A stretch of DNA of 64,000 bases from Candidatus Omnitrophota bacterium. GTDB lineage: Bacteria > Omnitrophota > Gorgyraeia > Zapsychrales > Fredricksoniimonadaceae. The notes under the pieces are model-generated. The model worked only from the letters and a program-made list of their open reading frames with translations. It had not been told where the DNA came from and ran no database searches. The stretch lies in contig JAGWKL010000002.1 in assembly GCA_028865345.1 (NCBI GenBank), positions 665-64,664 of the forward strand, given 5' to 3'. Shown here in pieces: positions 35,916 to 44,157 of this stretch (the first letter of the stretch is position 1; every line of letters starts with the position of its first letter). The position numbers and the translations under genes are program-made.

Positions 35916-38321
35916 CTATATGCGCGCTTTGGCTGAAATACGCATTTCATAAAAGGAGCGGATCAAAAAGAACAGGGCAACGCCAAAAAAGACAACGGCA
36001 AGAAAAATGTCAAGCCCCCGGCCCAAACCAATGGCAATTTCAATGGCCAGCAACCCAAACAAGGTCGTAAATTTGATGATCGGATTGATGGCCACCGATG
36101 ATGTGTCTTTAAAAGGATCCCCCACCGTGTCCCCGACCACCGTTGCCGCATGTAATTCTGTGCCTTTTTCCTGATACGTCACTTCTACCAACTTTTTAGC
36201 ATTGTCCCACGCCCCGCCGGCGTTGGCCATGAAAATGGCTTGAAAAAGGCCGAAAACGGCAATGGAGATCAGATAGCCTATGAAGAAATACGGCTCCAGA
36301 CAGGCGAAAGCAAGGGTCATAAAAAGCACGGCCACGAAAATATTGATCATCCCCTTTTGGGCGAACATCGTACAAATTTCTACGACCCTTGTACTGTCCT
36401 GTTTGGAGGATCTGTCTGTTCCTTCCAACTTGATATGTTCCTTGATATACTGCACAGTATGATAAGCCCCTGTGGTCACCGCCTGAATGGAGGCGCCGGA
36501 AAACCAGAAGATCATGCCCCCGCCGCTTAAAAGCCCGAGCAACAAAGGCGGATAAAGCACCGACATGTTCTCCATATGCACTGTGAGGCCGCGGGTTAAT
36601 ATCATAATGATAGAAAAAATCATGGTGGTGGCGCCAACCACGGCTGTCCCGATCAACACCGGCTTTGAAGTGGCCTTAAAGGTGTTCCCCGCCCCGTCAT
36701 TGGCTTCCAGATGATGTTTGGCAAGCTCGAAATTCGGCGTAAAACCGCTGGTCTTTGCGATTTCTTCCTTAATATTCGGAATGGCCTCGACAAGAGAGAG
36801 TTCATAAATCGACTGCGCGTTGTCGGAAACAGGCCCATAAGAATCAACGGCAATGGTGACTGCCCCCATCCCTAAAAATCCGAACGCCACCAGGCCAAAG
36901 GCAAACACCGCGGGTGCTATCATGATGGCATCCAACCCCATTAAACTGACAAAATAGCCTAAAGCCATCAGGACCACGATCACCAGCCCCATCCAATACG
37001 CGCTGTAATTCCCCGCCACCAGCCCGGAAAGGATATTCAGCGAGGTGCCACCCTTTTTGGAGCATTCGTAAATGTTCTTCACAAAATCCGAATTCATGGA
37101 TGTAAAGACCTTGATCCCCTCCGGAATGACGGCACCGGCCAAGGTGCCGCAGGTGATGATGGTGGCCAGCTTCCACCAAAACGTACCGTCCCCCAAATTC
37201 GGGATAAGGACATAGGAGGCCACATAGGTCAGGATGATCGAAAAAATCGAGGTGATCCATACCAGGGAGGTCAAGGGATCTTCAAAGTTCATTTCTTTAG
37301 CATTGGCATAGCGCCTTTTGGCAAAAAAATGGTTGATTTCATAAGAAAAACCGCTGGCGATCAGCATGATCAAACGCATGGAAAAGATCCAAACCAGGAG
37401 CTCTGCCTGGACCTGCGGATTTTTGACGGCCAAGAGAATAAAAGCGATGAGCGCCACTCCGGTCACCCCGTAGGTCTCGAAACCGTCCGCCGTGGGCCCA
37501 ACCGAGTCCCCCGCATTGTCCCCCACGCAATCGGCGATGACCCCCGGATTGCGCGCGTCGTCCTCCTTGATATTAAAAACGATCTTCATGAGATCAGACC
37601 CGATGTCCGCAATTTTTGTAAAAATGCCGCCTGCGATCCTCAGAACGGAGGCGCCCAACGATTCACCGATGGCAAAACCGATAAAACATGGGCCGGCATA
37701 GTTGGGATTAATAAAAAGAAGAATGCATAACATGACAAAAAGTTCAATGCTGATAAGGAGCATGCCGATGCTCATGCCCGCCTGCAAAGGAATGGAATAG
37801 ACCGGAAATGGTTTGCCTTCCAGGCTCGCAAAGGCGCAACGCGAATTCGCCAGGGTGTTGATCCTCATGCCAAACCAGGCGACACTATAGCTTCCGGCGA
37901 TACCGATGAGACTGCAGACTAAAATAAGAGCGACCCTGCCGGCGTCAAAATGGCGCAGCCAGCCGAAATAGGCCACCATGACACCCCCGATCAGGACCTC
38001 CAAAACCAGCAGGAACTTCCCCTGGGCAATAAGATATGCTTTACAGGTCGAATAAATGAGCTCGGAGATCTCTTTCATGCTTTGATGCACCGGCATCTTT
38101 TTCAATTGCCCGAACTGATAGATACCAAAAAATGCCCCGAAAGCGCAGACAATAAGACCTAACATCAATGCGGTGTGGCCGTTTAAGTGAAAAATAAGAG
38201 GAACCGAGGATAAATCAGGCACTATCAGGTCTGATTCGCCCGCCCAAGCTCCCGGAAGACCCAGAAAAAATGCCATGAACGTTAAAAGTCCAAGTCTATA
38301 AAACTTCTGACGACGGCTCAT
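35916..38321 (-). CDS. hppA: Membrane-bound H+-translocating pyrophosphatase, copy 1.
   Basis: H+-PPase signatures are present (GVIADCVGDNAGDSVGPTADGFETYGVTGVALI, DGAGNTFKATSKPV, DNAGGAWDNAKK). The GNTFKA motif has Lys rather than Ala, which suggests the K+-independent subtype. Confidence 0.9.
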   Translation of the reverse strand: MSRRQKFYRLGLLTFMAFFLGLPGAWAGESDLIVPDLSSVPLIFHLNGHTALMLGLIVCAFGAFFGIYQFGQLKKMPVHQSMKEISELIYSTCKAYLIAQGKFLLVLEVLIGGVMVAYFGWLRHFDAGRVALILVCSLIGIAGSYSVAWFGMRINTLANSRCAFASLEGKPFPVYSIPLQAGMSIGMLLISIELFVMLCILLFINPNYAGPCFIGFAIGESLGASVLRIAGGIFTKIADIGSDLMKIVFNIKEDDARNPGVIADCVGDNAGDSVGPTADGFETYGVTGVALIAFILLAVKNPQVQAELLVWIFSMRLIMLIASGFSYEINHFFAKRRYANAKEMNFEDPLTSLVWITSIFSIILTYVASYVLIPNLGDGTFWWKLATIITCGTLAGAVIPEGIKVFTSMNSDFVKNIYECSKKGGTSLNILSGLVAGNYSAYWMGLVIVVLMALGYFVSLMGLDAIMIAPAVFAFGLVAFGFLGMGAVTIAVDSYGPVSDNAQSIYELSLVEAIPNIKEEIAKTSGFTPNFELAKHHLEANDGAGNTFKATSKPVLIGTAVVGATTMIFSIIMILTRGLTVHMENMSVLYPPLLLGLLSGGGMIFWFSGASIQAVTTGAYHTVQYIKEHIKLEGTDRSSKQDSTRVVEICTMFAQKGMINIFVAVLFMTLAFACLEPYFFIGYLISIAVFGLFQAIFMANAGGAWDNAKKLVEVTYQEKGTELHAATVVGDTVGDPFKDTSSVAINPIIKFTTLFGLLAIEIAIGLGRGLDIFLAVVFFGVALFFLIRSFYEMRISAKARI

Positions 38322-38435
38322 ATTTCACTCCTTTATAAAATGACTTTCATACCTTTTTTAGTATAAAAGCCTTCTGTCGGTACTGAAATGAGTAATTGCC
38401 TGGAGATTGCTACGTAGTATTACTTAAAGGAGGGC

Positions 38436-40193
38436 TTATTGTTGAATAACACGCAGGAATTCTTTGGCGGCTTCCGCAGGGCCGTTGCGCTCCCAGCCGG
38501 AAAGCCCCAGGCGGGTGCGGAGCAATCCCACAAAAACCCCGGCCTTAAAGAAAGCGTCAAAATATTTCTTCGCCAATTGCTCATGAAGTTCCTTGTACTG
38601 GACAGGACCGAAAACATTGGCGAAATAGGAGTGGACTATCCCGCTTGAAGTGGTGGTGCCTTTGCTCATCACTGTCCCATCCCGGAAGATCTTGATGGCA
38701 GATTCGGACGTTTTCAACTTCTCAATGATGGGATGATCATCATCAATATCTTCATAATTGTTGGCATACAGGATAAAATCAACCTGGTGGCCTTTGATCA
38801 GATTATTAAAGGTGGTGACCGGCAGAATGATGCGCGCGTTGACCTGGTTGGCGTTCATGATGATGGCGCGGTCGATCTGCCCAAGGGCATAACCGGGCTG
38901 CAGGTCGTCCAGGCGCAGGAAAGCGCCGATCTCCGTCCCTCGGCCCATGACTTTTCCCTGCGCTGACAAAGCCAAGGATCCCATGTCGTCCGCAATAACG
39001 ATAATATCCTGGATGTAAAGGTCCCCCAAGGTGCGGAATGCCTCCAACGTTTCCGATTTTCCGGCCCCTGTGTCCCCCATCAATAAAACGGTAACGTCTT
39101 TATCGCCCTTAAGGATGATGCGCACCATGGCCCCGTGAAAAGGCAGGTGCCCCATTTTCATGATCTTGATGTTATGGAGCGTCAGGATCATTTTCTTCAA
39201 ATAACCGAAATAACCGAATTCGTCGCGGCCGGGGACCGCGCCGACCAAAAGACCGTTTCTTTCATCATCGAAGAAAACCGTCGGCATCTTGCTAAGACCG
39301 TCCAATACCGCGCCCGGAACCCCAAAAGCAAAAACCGCATCAGGGACGCGTTCCAAATCCTTGTCATCTGCCATTTCGAAAAGATTGCACAGCGAAAGAC
39401 CGAGTTCGAAAAACATTTTATGGAAATAAACCAGGACAATGAGCGGCCCCACCTTGGCCGGATAACACAGCCATTCATCCTTGTCGAAATCAAACAAGTC
39501 CATGGGGTTCTGCGCCACGCGTTCGAATTTTCCCGTACGCTTGTTCATCGGCGTATCCAGTATCAAAGGCGGATACAGAAGCACCTGCCGGATGATGGGC
39601 ACCCCCCGCAATTTTTCATAAACACCGGAAGGCAAATTCAATTTCCGCTGGGAAGTGATCACCCCGACTTCGGCGCCGGCAATGACCTGCCGGTAAATAC
39701 GCGGGTGTTGTTTGGTCAAATTCTCGGCAATATCGCGGTAGGTCCCCCGGATGAGGTGGCTCAACGGTTCGACCACATTATTGAAGGTGCGGTAAGGCCT
39801 TTGATCCAGGTCACGGCCTGCCGAATCACAGACGACAAAACGCTCCAGGGAGCGCCAATAGTTGTAAAGATATTCAATAAAATCATTGAGCAGGAACTTG
39901 TCTTGCAAAAGCACCTCTGATCCTGGAACTGCGCCAGGCAGAAGGTCTGCGGAATTCTTGCTCAAAAACTTGAAACTCCTGATAATGAGATCGATCTCAT
40001 CCTTATCTGCAGGCTTGTCGGCGTGGAATATATTTAAAAGAATGGAATTCTTGTGCTTGAGCTCCGCCATGCAGTCGCCCAGCACCCTCTTGAACAATTC
40101 GCTGTTAAGGACATCCTCCGTGGTGAAACAGACCTTATCATTAAAATGGATGATGACCTTGTTGCCGTGAATATCGAAATGGGAATTATTCAT
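38436..40193 (-). CDS. HprK-like P-loop kinase domain protein with a large uncharacterised N-terminal domain.
   Basis: The C-terminal region HGAMVRIILKGDKDVTVLLMGDTGAGKSETLEAF...IVIADDMG matches the HPr kinase/phosphorylase C-domain core (HG..V.GxGVLxxGxSGxGKSE ... ADD). The roughly 370 aa N-terminal domain has no recognisable motif. Confidence 0.55.
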   Translation of the reverse strand: MNNSHFDIHGNKVIIHFNDKVCFTTEDVLNSELFKRVLGDCMAELKHKNSILLNIFHADKPADKDEIDLIIRSFKFLSKNSADLLPGAVPGSEVLLQDKFLLNDFIEYLYNYWRSLERFVVCDSAGRDLDQRPYRTFNNVVEPLSHLIRGTYRDIAENLTKQHPRIYRQVIAGAEVGVITSQRKLNLPSGVYEKLRGVPIIRQVLLYPPLILDTPMNKRTGKFERVAQNPMDLFDFDKDEWLCYPAKVGPLIVLVYFHKMFFELGLSLCNLFEMADDKDLERVPDAVFAFGVPGAVLDGLSKMPTVFFDDERNGLLVGAVPGRDEFGYFGYLKKMILTLHNIKIMKMGHLPFHGAMVRIILKGDKDVTVLLMGDTGAGKSETLEAFRTLGDLYIQDIIVIADDMGSLALSAQGKVMGRGTEIGAFLRLDDLQPGYALGQIDRAIIMNANQVNARIILPVTTFNNLIKGHQVDFILYANNYEDIDDDHPIIEKLKTSESAIKIFRDGTVMSKGTTTSSGIVHSYFANVFGPVQYKELHEQLAKKYFDAFFKAGVFVGLLRTRLGLSGWERNGPAEAAKEFLRVIQQ

Positions 40194-40275
40194 CAGTTCT
40201 TGCCATTGAAGGATCTACGGGTTTAAAAAATCTATATATAGTAAGACTTTTTATCCCATCTCACAACATTTTTCT

Positions 40276-41175
40276 TTATTTTAGGGAAACACCGAAACCT
40301 TTGAGGTGCCGTATCCAGCCGGCCATGAATTTGGCCCGGTCCATGACAATGCTGTCTTCTATTTGTCCCTGGACCGTTCCTTCTAACTTAAACGATTTCG
40401 CGCTTAAGTTCTTCAGTACATACCGGATGGCGGGTTGGGTTTGTTGATAAAAGGTGTTCAGGCGCTCGTCGATGACCTCCGGCCTGTCATCCTCCCGTAT
40501 TTCCGCGGGGCGGTTCTCCAAAGCAGCTTTGGAGATCTCTTGGGCTATCCGCATTTGAGCGCGTTGTTTGAAGACCGTATCCTGTTTGCGGGGGATGTGC
40601 GCATGGACATACAAATCAACGGCCAGCGGCTTGCCTTGCCACAGAATCTTGCCCGACTGCAGTATTTTTACCTGTTCTAAATTCCGGGGAAAACCGTCGA
40701 AGAATAACCCAAAGGCCTTATTGTAGGGTTCTGTTTTCAAAACAGCGGTGACCACATTAATGACGGTCTCATCGCTGATCATTTTGCCGGCTTTCATTTC
40801 GGCCAAATCCCGGTCGGTCACAAAAGAAAGGAAAGGGCCGTATTTTTCCAGGTCTTCCGCAGAGGCGCTGCCGGGGTCTTTCCTGATTTTTAATATCTTC
40901 CTGAAATAACCGCCCAGGACCAGGGTTTCATACCGTGAACCTTCAGGCAAGAATTTATTAAGTTCTTTAATCAACCAGGCGGACAAAGTGCCTTTGCCGC
41001 AACCGGCTTTGCCTAAGATCGTAAAAATACGCACCTTGCCGATAAACTGTTTTATCGCATCTTTGATAAGGTTTTGAACGGCCGTATCTTTATTCGATTC
41101 CGGGTGCCGCAAAACCATGAACATGCGGTTTCTGATCGCTGAGGACACACGGCAGACCACTTTTAGTTTACGCAT
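40276..41175 (-). CDS. Adenylate-kinase-family protein with an N-terminal extension.
   Basis: It has the P-loop GKAGCGKGT, the FDGFPRNLEQV motif and a LID-like R..DDRPEVIDERLNTFYQQTQP. Adk proteins are typically around 215 aa, so this 299 aa protein appears to be an extra paralog outside the usual secY-adk context. Confidence 0.6.
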   Translation of the reverse strand: MRKLKVVCRVSSAIRNRMFMVLRHPESNKDTAVQNLIKDAIKQFIGKVRIFTILGKAGCGKGTLSAWLIKELNKFLPEGSRYETLVLGGYFRKILKIRKDPGSASAEDLEKYGPFLSFVTDRDLAEMKAGKMISDETVINVVTAVLKTEPYNKAFGLFFDGFPRNLEQVKILQSGKILWQGKPLAVDLYVHAHIPRKQDTVFKQRAQMRIAQEISKAALENRPAEIREDDRPEVIDERLNTFYQQTQPAIRYVLKNLSAKSFKLEGTVQGQIEDSIVMDRAKFMAGWIRHLKGFGVSLK

Positions 41176-41245
41176 GTTTATAGCATATATTCTCTTATAA
41201 AATTATGGAATACATCAAAATACGTAAGGATGTCGGTACAAGTAC

Positions 41246-41509
41246 TTACTGACGGGAGCTCAGGCAGGTGCACTGGGGAGGTGAAAACATAGGCCACTTA
41301 AATTCGTAACCGGCATATCCTGCCTGCGTGCATTTGTTCTCGCAAGCCGTAGTTTGAACGCCTGATTGCTGGTACTTCTGATAGGCATTATAGAACAGCC
41401 AGGCGATAACAGGGATGCAGATGACCGATACGATCAGCGGGCGCCAGGAATGGTCTTGCGCTTTATGGGGTTGGGACAAATCGCTCATATTTTCAGTATA
41501 AAGGCTCAT
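41246..41509 (-). CDS. Small single-TM protein with a Cys-rich C-terminus, hypothetical.
   Basis: 87 aa. The TM helix IVSVICIPVIAWLFY is followed by C-x3-C and C-x-C (ACENKCTQ...QCTCLSS). Confidence 0.3.
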   Translation of the reverse strand: MSLYTENMSDLSQPHKAQDHSWRPLIVSVICIPVIAWLFYNAYQKYQQSGVQTTACENKCTQAGYAGYEFKWPMFSPPQCTCLSSRQ

Positions 41510-41576
41510 TACTATTTTTCAATTATTTTGTCCACTTTCTGACCTTACTTGAAAGACGGCCATGACCCGCCGCACT

Positions 41577-43973
41577 TTAAGCTGAAATACGCATCTCGTA
41601 AAAAGACCGGACCAAAAAGAACACGGCAACTGTAAAAAAAACAGCCGCCAAAAATATATCCAGCCCCCGGCTTAACCCGATGGCGATCTCAATGGCCAGT
41701 AAGCCGAACAATGTCGTGAATTTGATGATCGGATTGATGGCCACAGATGAAGTGTCTTTAAACGGGTCCCCCACCGTGTCTCCCACCACCGTCGCCGCAT
41801 GCAATTCAGTGCCTCTCTCTTGGTATGTGACTTCCACGAGCTTCTTGGCATTGTCCCATGCTCCGCCGGCATTGGCCATGAAAATGGCCTGAAAGAACCC
41901 GAAGGCGGCAATGGAGATCAAATACCCTATAAAAAAATACGGCTCCAGGCAGGCAAAGGCGAGAGTGGTAAAAAGGACGGTCACGAAAATATTGATCATG
42001 CCTTTTTGGGCGAATACCGTGCAAATTTCCACCACCTTTTTGCTGTCCTTGGTGGAAGCCCTGCCTTCCTGGTCCAGCTTTATGTTTTCTTTGATGTATT
42101 GCACGGTGTGGTAGGCGCCGGTGGTCACCGCCTGGATGGAAGCCCCGGAAAACCAATAGATCATGCCGCCCCCGCTCAAGAGCCCAAGCAGGAATGGAGG
42201 ATAAAGTACGGATAAATTTTCCATATGGACCGTAAGGCCGCGGGTCAATATCATGATGATGGAAAAGATCATGGTGGTGGCCCCCACCACGGCCGTTCCG
42301 ATCAAAACAGGCTTGGCTGTGGCTTTAAAAGTGTTGCCTGCGCCGTCATTGGATTCCAGATGGTGCTTGGCAAGCTCAAAGTCAGGCGTAAAGCCATGGT
42401 CCCTGATGATCTCCTCTTTGATATGAGGAAGGGTCTCGATGAGAGAAAGCTCATAAATGGATTGTGCATTGTCGGAAACCGGCCCATAGGAATCAACGGC
42501 AATGGTGACCGGCCCCATGCCCAAAAATCCAAACGCCACCAGGCCAAAAGCAAACACCGCCGGTGCGATCATAATGGCATTCAGGCCAAGAGTACTGATA
42601 AAAGAAGCAACGGCCATCAGGACCACAATGACCACCCCCATCCAGTGGGCGCTGTAATTCCCCGCCACCAAGCCTGATAGGATATTAAGAGAAGCCCCTC
42701 CTTTTTTGGAGCTTTGATAAATGTTCTTCACAAAATCTGAATTCAAGGAAGTAAACACCTTGGTCCCCTCCGGTATGACCGCTCCTGCCATGGTGCCGCA
42801 GCTGATGATGGCGGCGAGTTTCCACCAGTAGGTGCCATCACCCAAAGATCGTATGAGGGCAAAAGAAGCCAGGAAAACCAGGGCGATCGATACGATGGAG
42901 GTGATCCACACCAGGGATGTCAACGGCGCTTCGAAATCCATGGTGTGAGTTTTTAAATAGCGCCTTTTGGCAAAAAAATTATTGATCTCGTAGGAAAGGC
43001 CGCTGGCGATGATCATGATGGTGCCGATGAAAAATATCCACACCAACAGCCTGGCCTGAACCAGGGGATTTTTAACAGCCAAAAGAATAAAGGAAATAAG
43101 CGCCACCCCGGTCACGCCGTAGGTCTCAAAAGCATCCGCCGTAGGACCCACCGAGTCGCCGGCATTGTCTCCCACGCAATCGGCGACCACCCCGGGATTA
43201 CGCGCGTCGTCTTCCTTGATGTTAAAAGCGATCTTCATGAGATCGGCGCCGATGTCCGCAATTTTGGTAAAGATCCCTCCGGCGACCCTCAGCACAGACG
43301 CGCCCAACGATTCACCAATGGCAAAACCGATAAAGCAAGGGCCGGAATAATCGGGGTTGATAAAAAGGATGATGCTTAACATGACGAAAAGTTCCGTGCT
43401 TATCAACAACATGCCGATGCTCATACCCGCCTGCAGGGGAATGGAATAAACGGGAAAGGGTTTGCCTGCAAGGCTTGCGAAAGCGCACCGGGCATTGGCC
43501 TTGCCGTTGATCCTCATGCCGAACCATGCCACGGCATAGCTTCCGGCGATGCCGATCAGGCTGCAGACTAAAATAAGAACGACTTTGTCGGCGTCAAAAT
43601 GCCGCAGCCATCCGAAATAGGCCACCATGACAGCACCGATCAAAACTTCCAGGGCAAGCAAAAACTTTCCCTGGGCGATGAGATAGGTTTTGCAGGTCGT
43701 ATAAATGAGCCGGGAGATATCTTCCATGCTTTTATGCACGGGCATTTTCTTCAAACGTGCGTACTGGTACATTCCGAAAAAGATGCCGAAAATGCATACC
43801 AAAAGCCCCAAGATGAGGGTCCTGCGGCCGTCCAAACCAAAAATGCCGGGTACAGCGGACAAATCCGGAACCTTCAAATCCGCCTCACCGGCCCATGCCG
43901 GCGAAACACCTGAAAAGAATGCCGCAAAAATTACAAACCAGGATTTACAGACCCCCGTCCACCGATTCTTCAT
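41577..43973 (-). CDS. hppA: Membrane-bound H+-translocating pyrophosphatase, copy 2 (paralog of 35916-38321).
   Basis: It has the same motifs as copy 1 and is collinear along its full length. Sampled aligned nucleotide stretches are about 88% identical. There is a ribosome-binding site 23 nt downstream of tRNA-Ser. Confidence 0.9.
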   Translation of the reverse strand: MKNRWTGVCKSWFVIFAAFFSGVSPAWAGEADLKVPDLSAVPGIFGLDGRRTLILGLLVCIFGIFFGMYQYARLKKMPVHKSMEDISRLIYTTCKTYLIAQGKFLLALEVLIGAVMVAYFGWLRHFDADKVVLILVCSLIGIAGSYAVAWFGMRINGKANARCAFASLAGKPFPVYSIPLQAGMSIGMLLISTELFVMLSIILFINPDYSGPCFIGFAIGESLGASVLRVAGGIFTKIADIGADLMKIAFNIKEDDARNPGVVADCVGDNAGDSVGPTADAFETYGVTGVALISFILLAVKNPLVQARLLVWIFFIGTIMIIASGLSYEINNFFAKRRYLKTHTMDFEAPLTSLVWITSIVSIALVFLASFALIRSLGDGTYWWKLAAIISCGTMAGAVIPEGTKVFTSLNSDFVKNIYQSSKKGGASLNILSGLVAGNYSAHWMGVVIVVLMAVASFISTLGLNAIMIAPAVFAFGLVAFGFLGMGPVTIAVDSYGPVSDNAQSIYELSLIETLPHIKEEIIRDHGFTPDFELAKHHLESNDGAGNTFKATAKPVLIGTAVVGATTMIFSIIMILTRGLTVHMENLSVLYPPFLLGLLSGGGMIYWFSGASIQAVTTGAYHTVQYIKENIKLDQEGRASTKDSKKVVEICTVFAQKGMINIFVTVLFTTLAFACLEPYFFIGYLISIAAFGFFQAIFMANAGGAWDNAKKLVEVTYQERGTELHAATVVGDTVGDPFKDTSSVAINPIIKFTTLFGLLAIEIAIGLSRGLDIFLAAVFFTVAVFFLVRSFYEMRISA

Positions 43974-43996
43974 AACTCCCTTTCTTTATTTAAGAA

Positions 43997-44081
43997 CGGA
44001 GAGGGTGAGATTCGAACTCACGGCCCCTTGCGAGGCAACGGTTTTCAAGACCGCCGCATTCGACCACTCTGCCACCTCTCC
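43997..44081 (-). tRNA. tRNA-Ser (anticodon UGA), type II with a long variable arm.
   Basis: Folded by hand: acceptor GGAGAGG/CCTCTCC; anticodon stem GCGGT/ACCGT with loop CUUGAAA (anticodon UGA); long variable arm; T-arm GTGAG-TTCGAAT-CTCAC; discriminator G. No CCA end is encoded. Confidence 0.8.
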
Positions 44082-44157
44082 AAAATTTAAAGAAATAATT
44101 TGGGCGTATACATAAAAAAGGATATATTAACAAAAGGTCCAAATCTTAACAAGAAAT

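Noticed and set aside
39135-39920. A 261 aa plus-strand ORF inside the HprK-like kinase gene.
   Set aside because: It is antisense to the kinase ORF, whose product carries a clear P-loop motif. It looks like a shadow ORF.
41799-42677. Several 100-150 aa ORFs on both strands within the second hppA.
   Set aside because: They are all nested in or opposite the 798 aa PPase frame, which is conserved end to end with its paralog.
35916-43973. Whether the two roughly 2.4 kb near-identical segments are IS elements or transposon arms.
   Set aside because: Each segment is a complete H+-PPase gene with no transposase and no terminal inverted repeats. This is a gene duplication, not a mobile element.
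43705-44115. A 136 aa plus-strand ORF spanning the hppA start and the tRNA-Ser.
   Set aside because: It runs through a tRNA gene and the PPase N-terminus on the opposite strand, so it is not coding.
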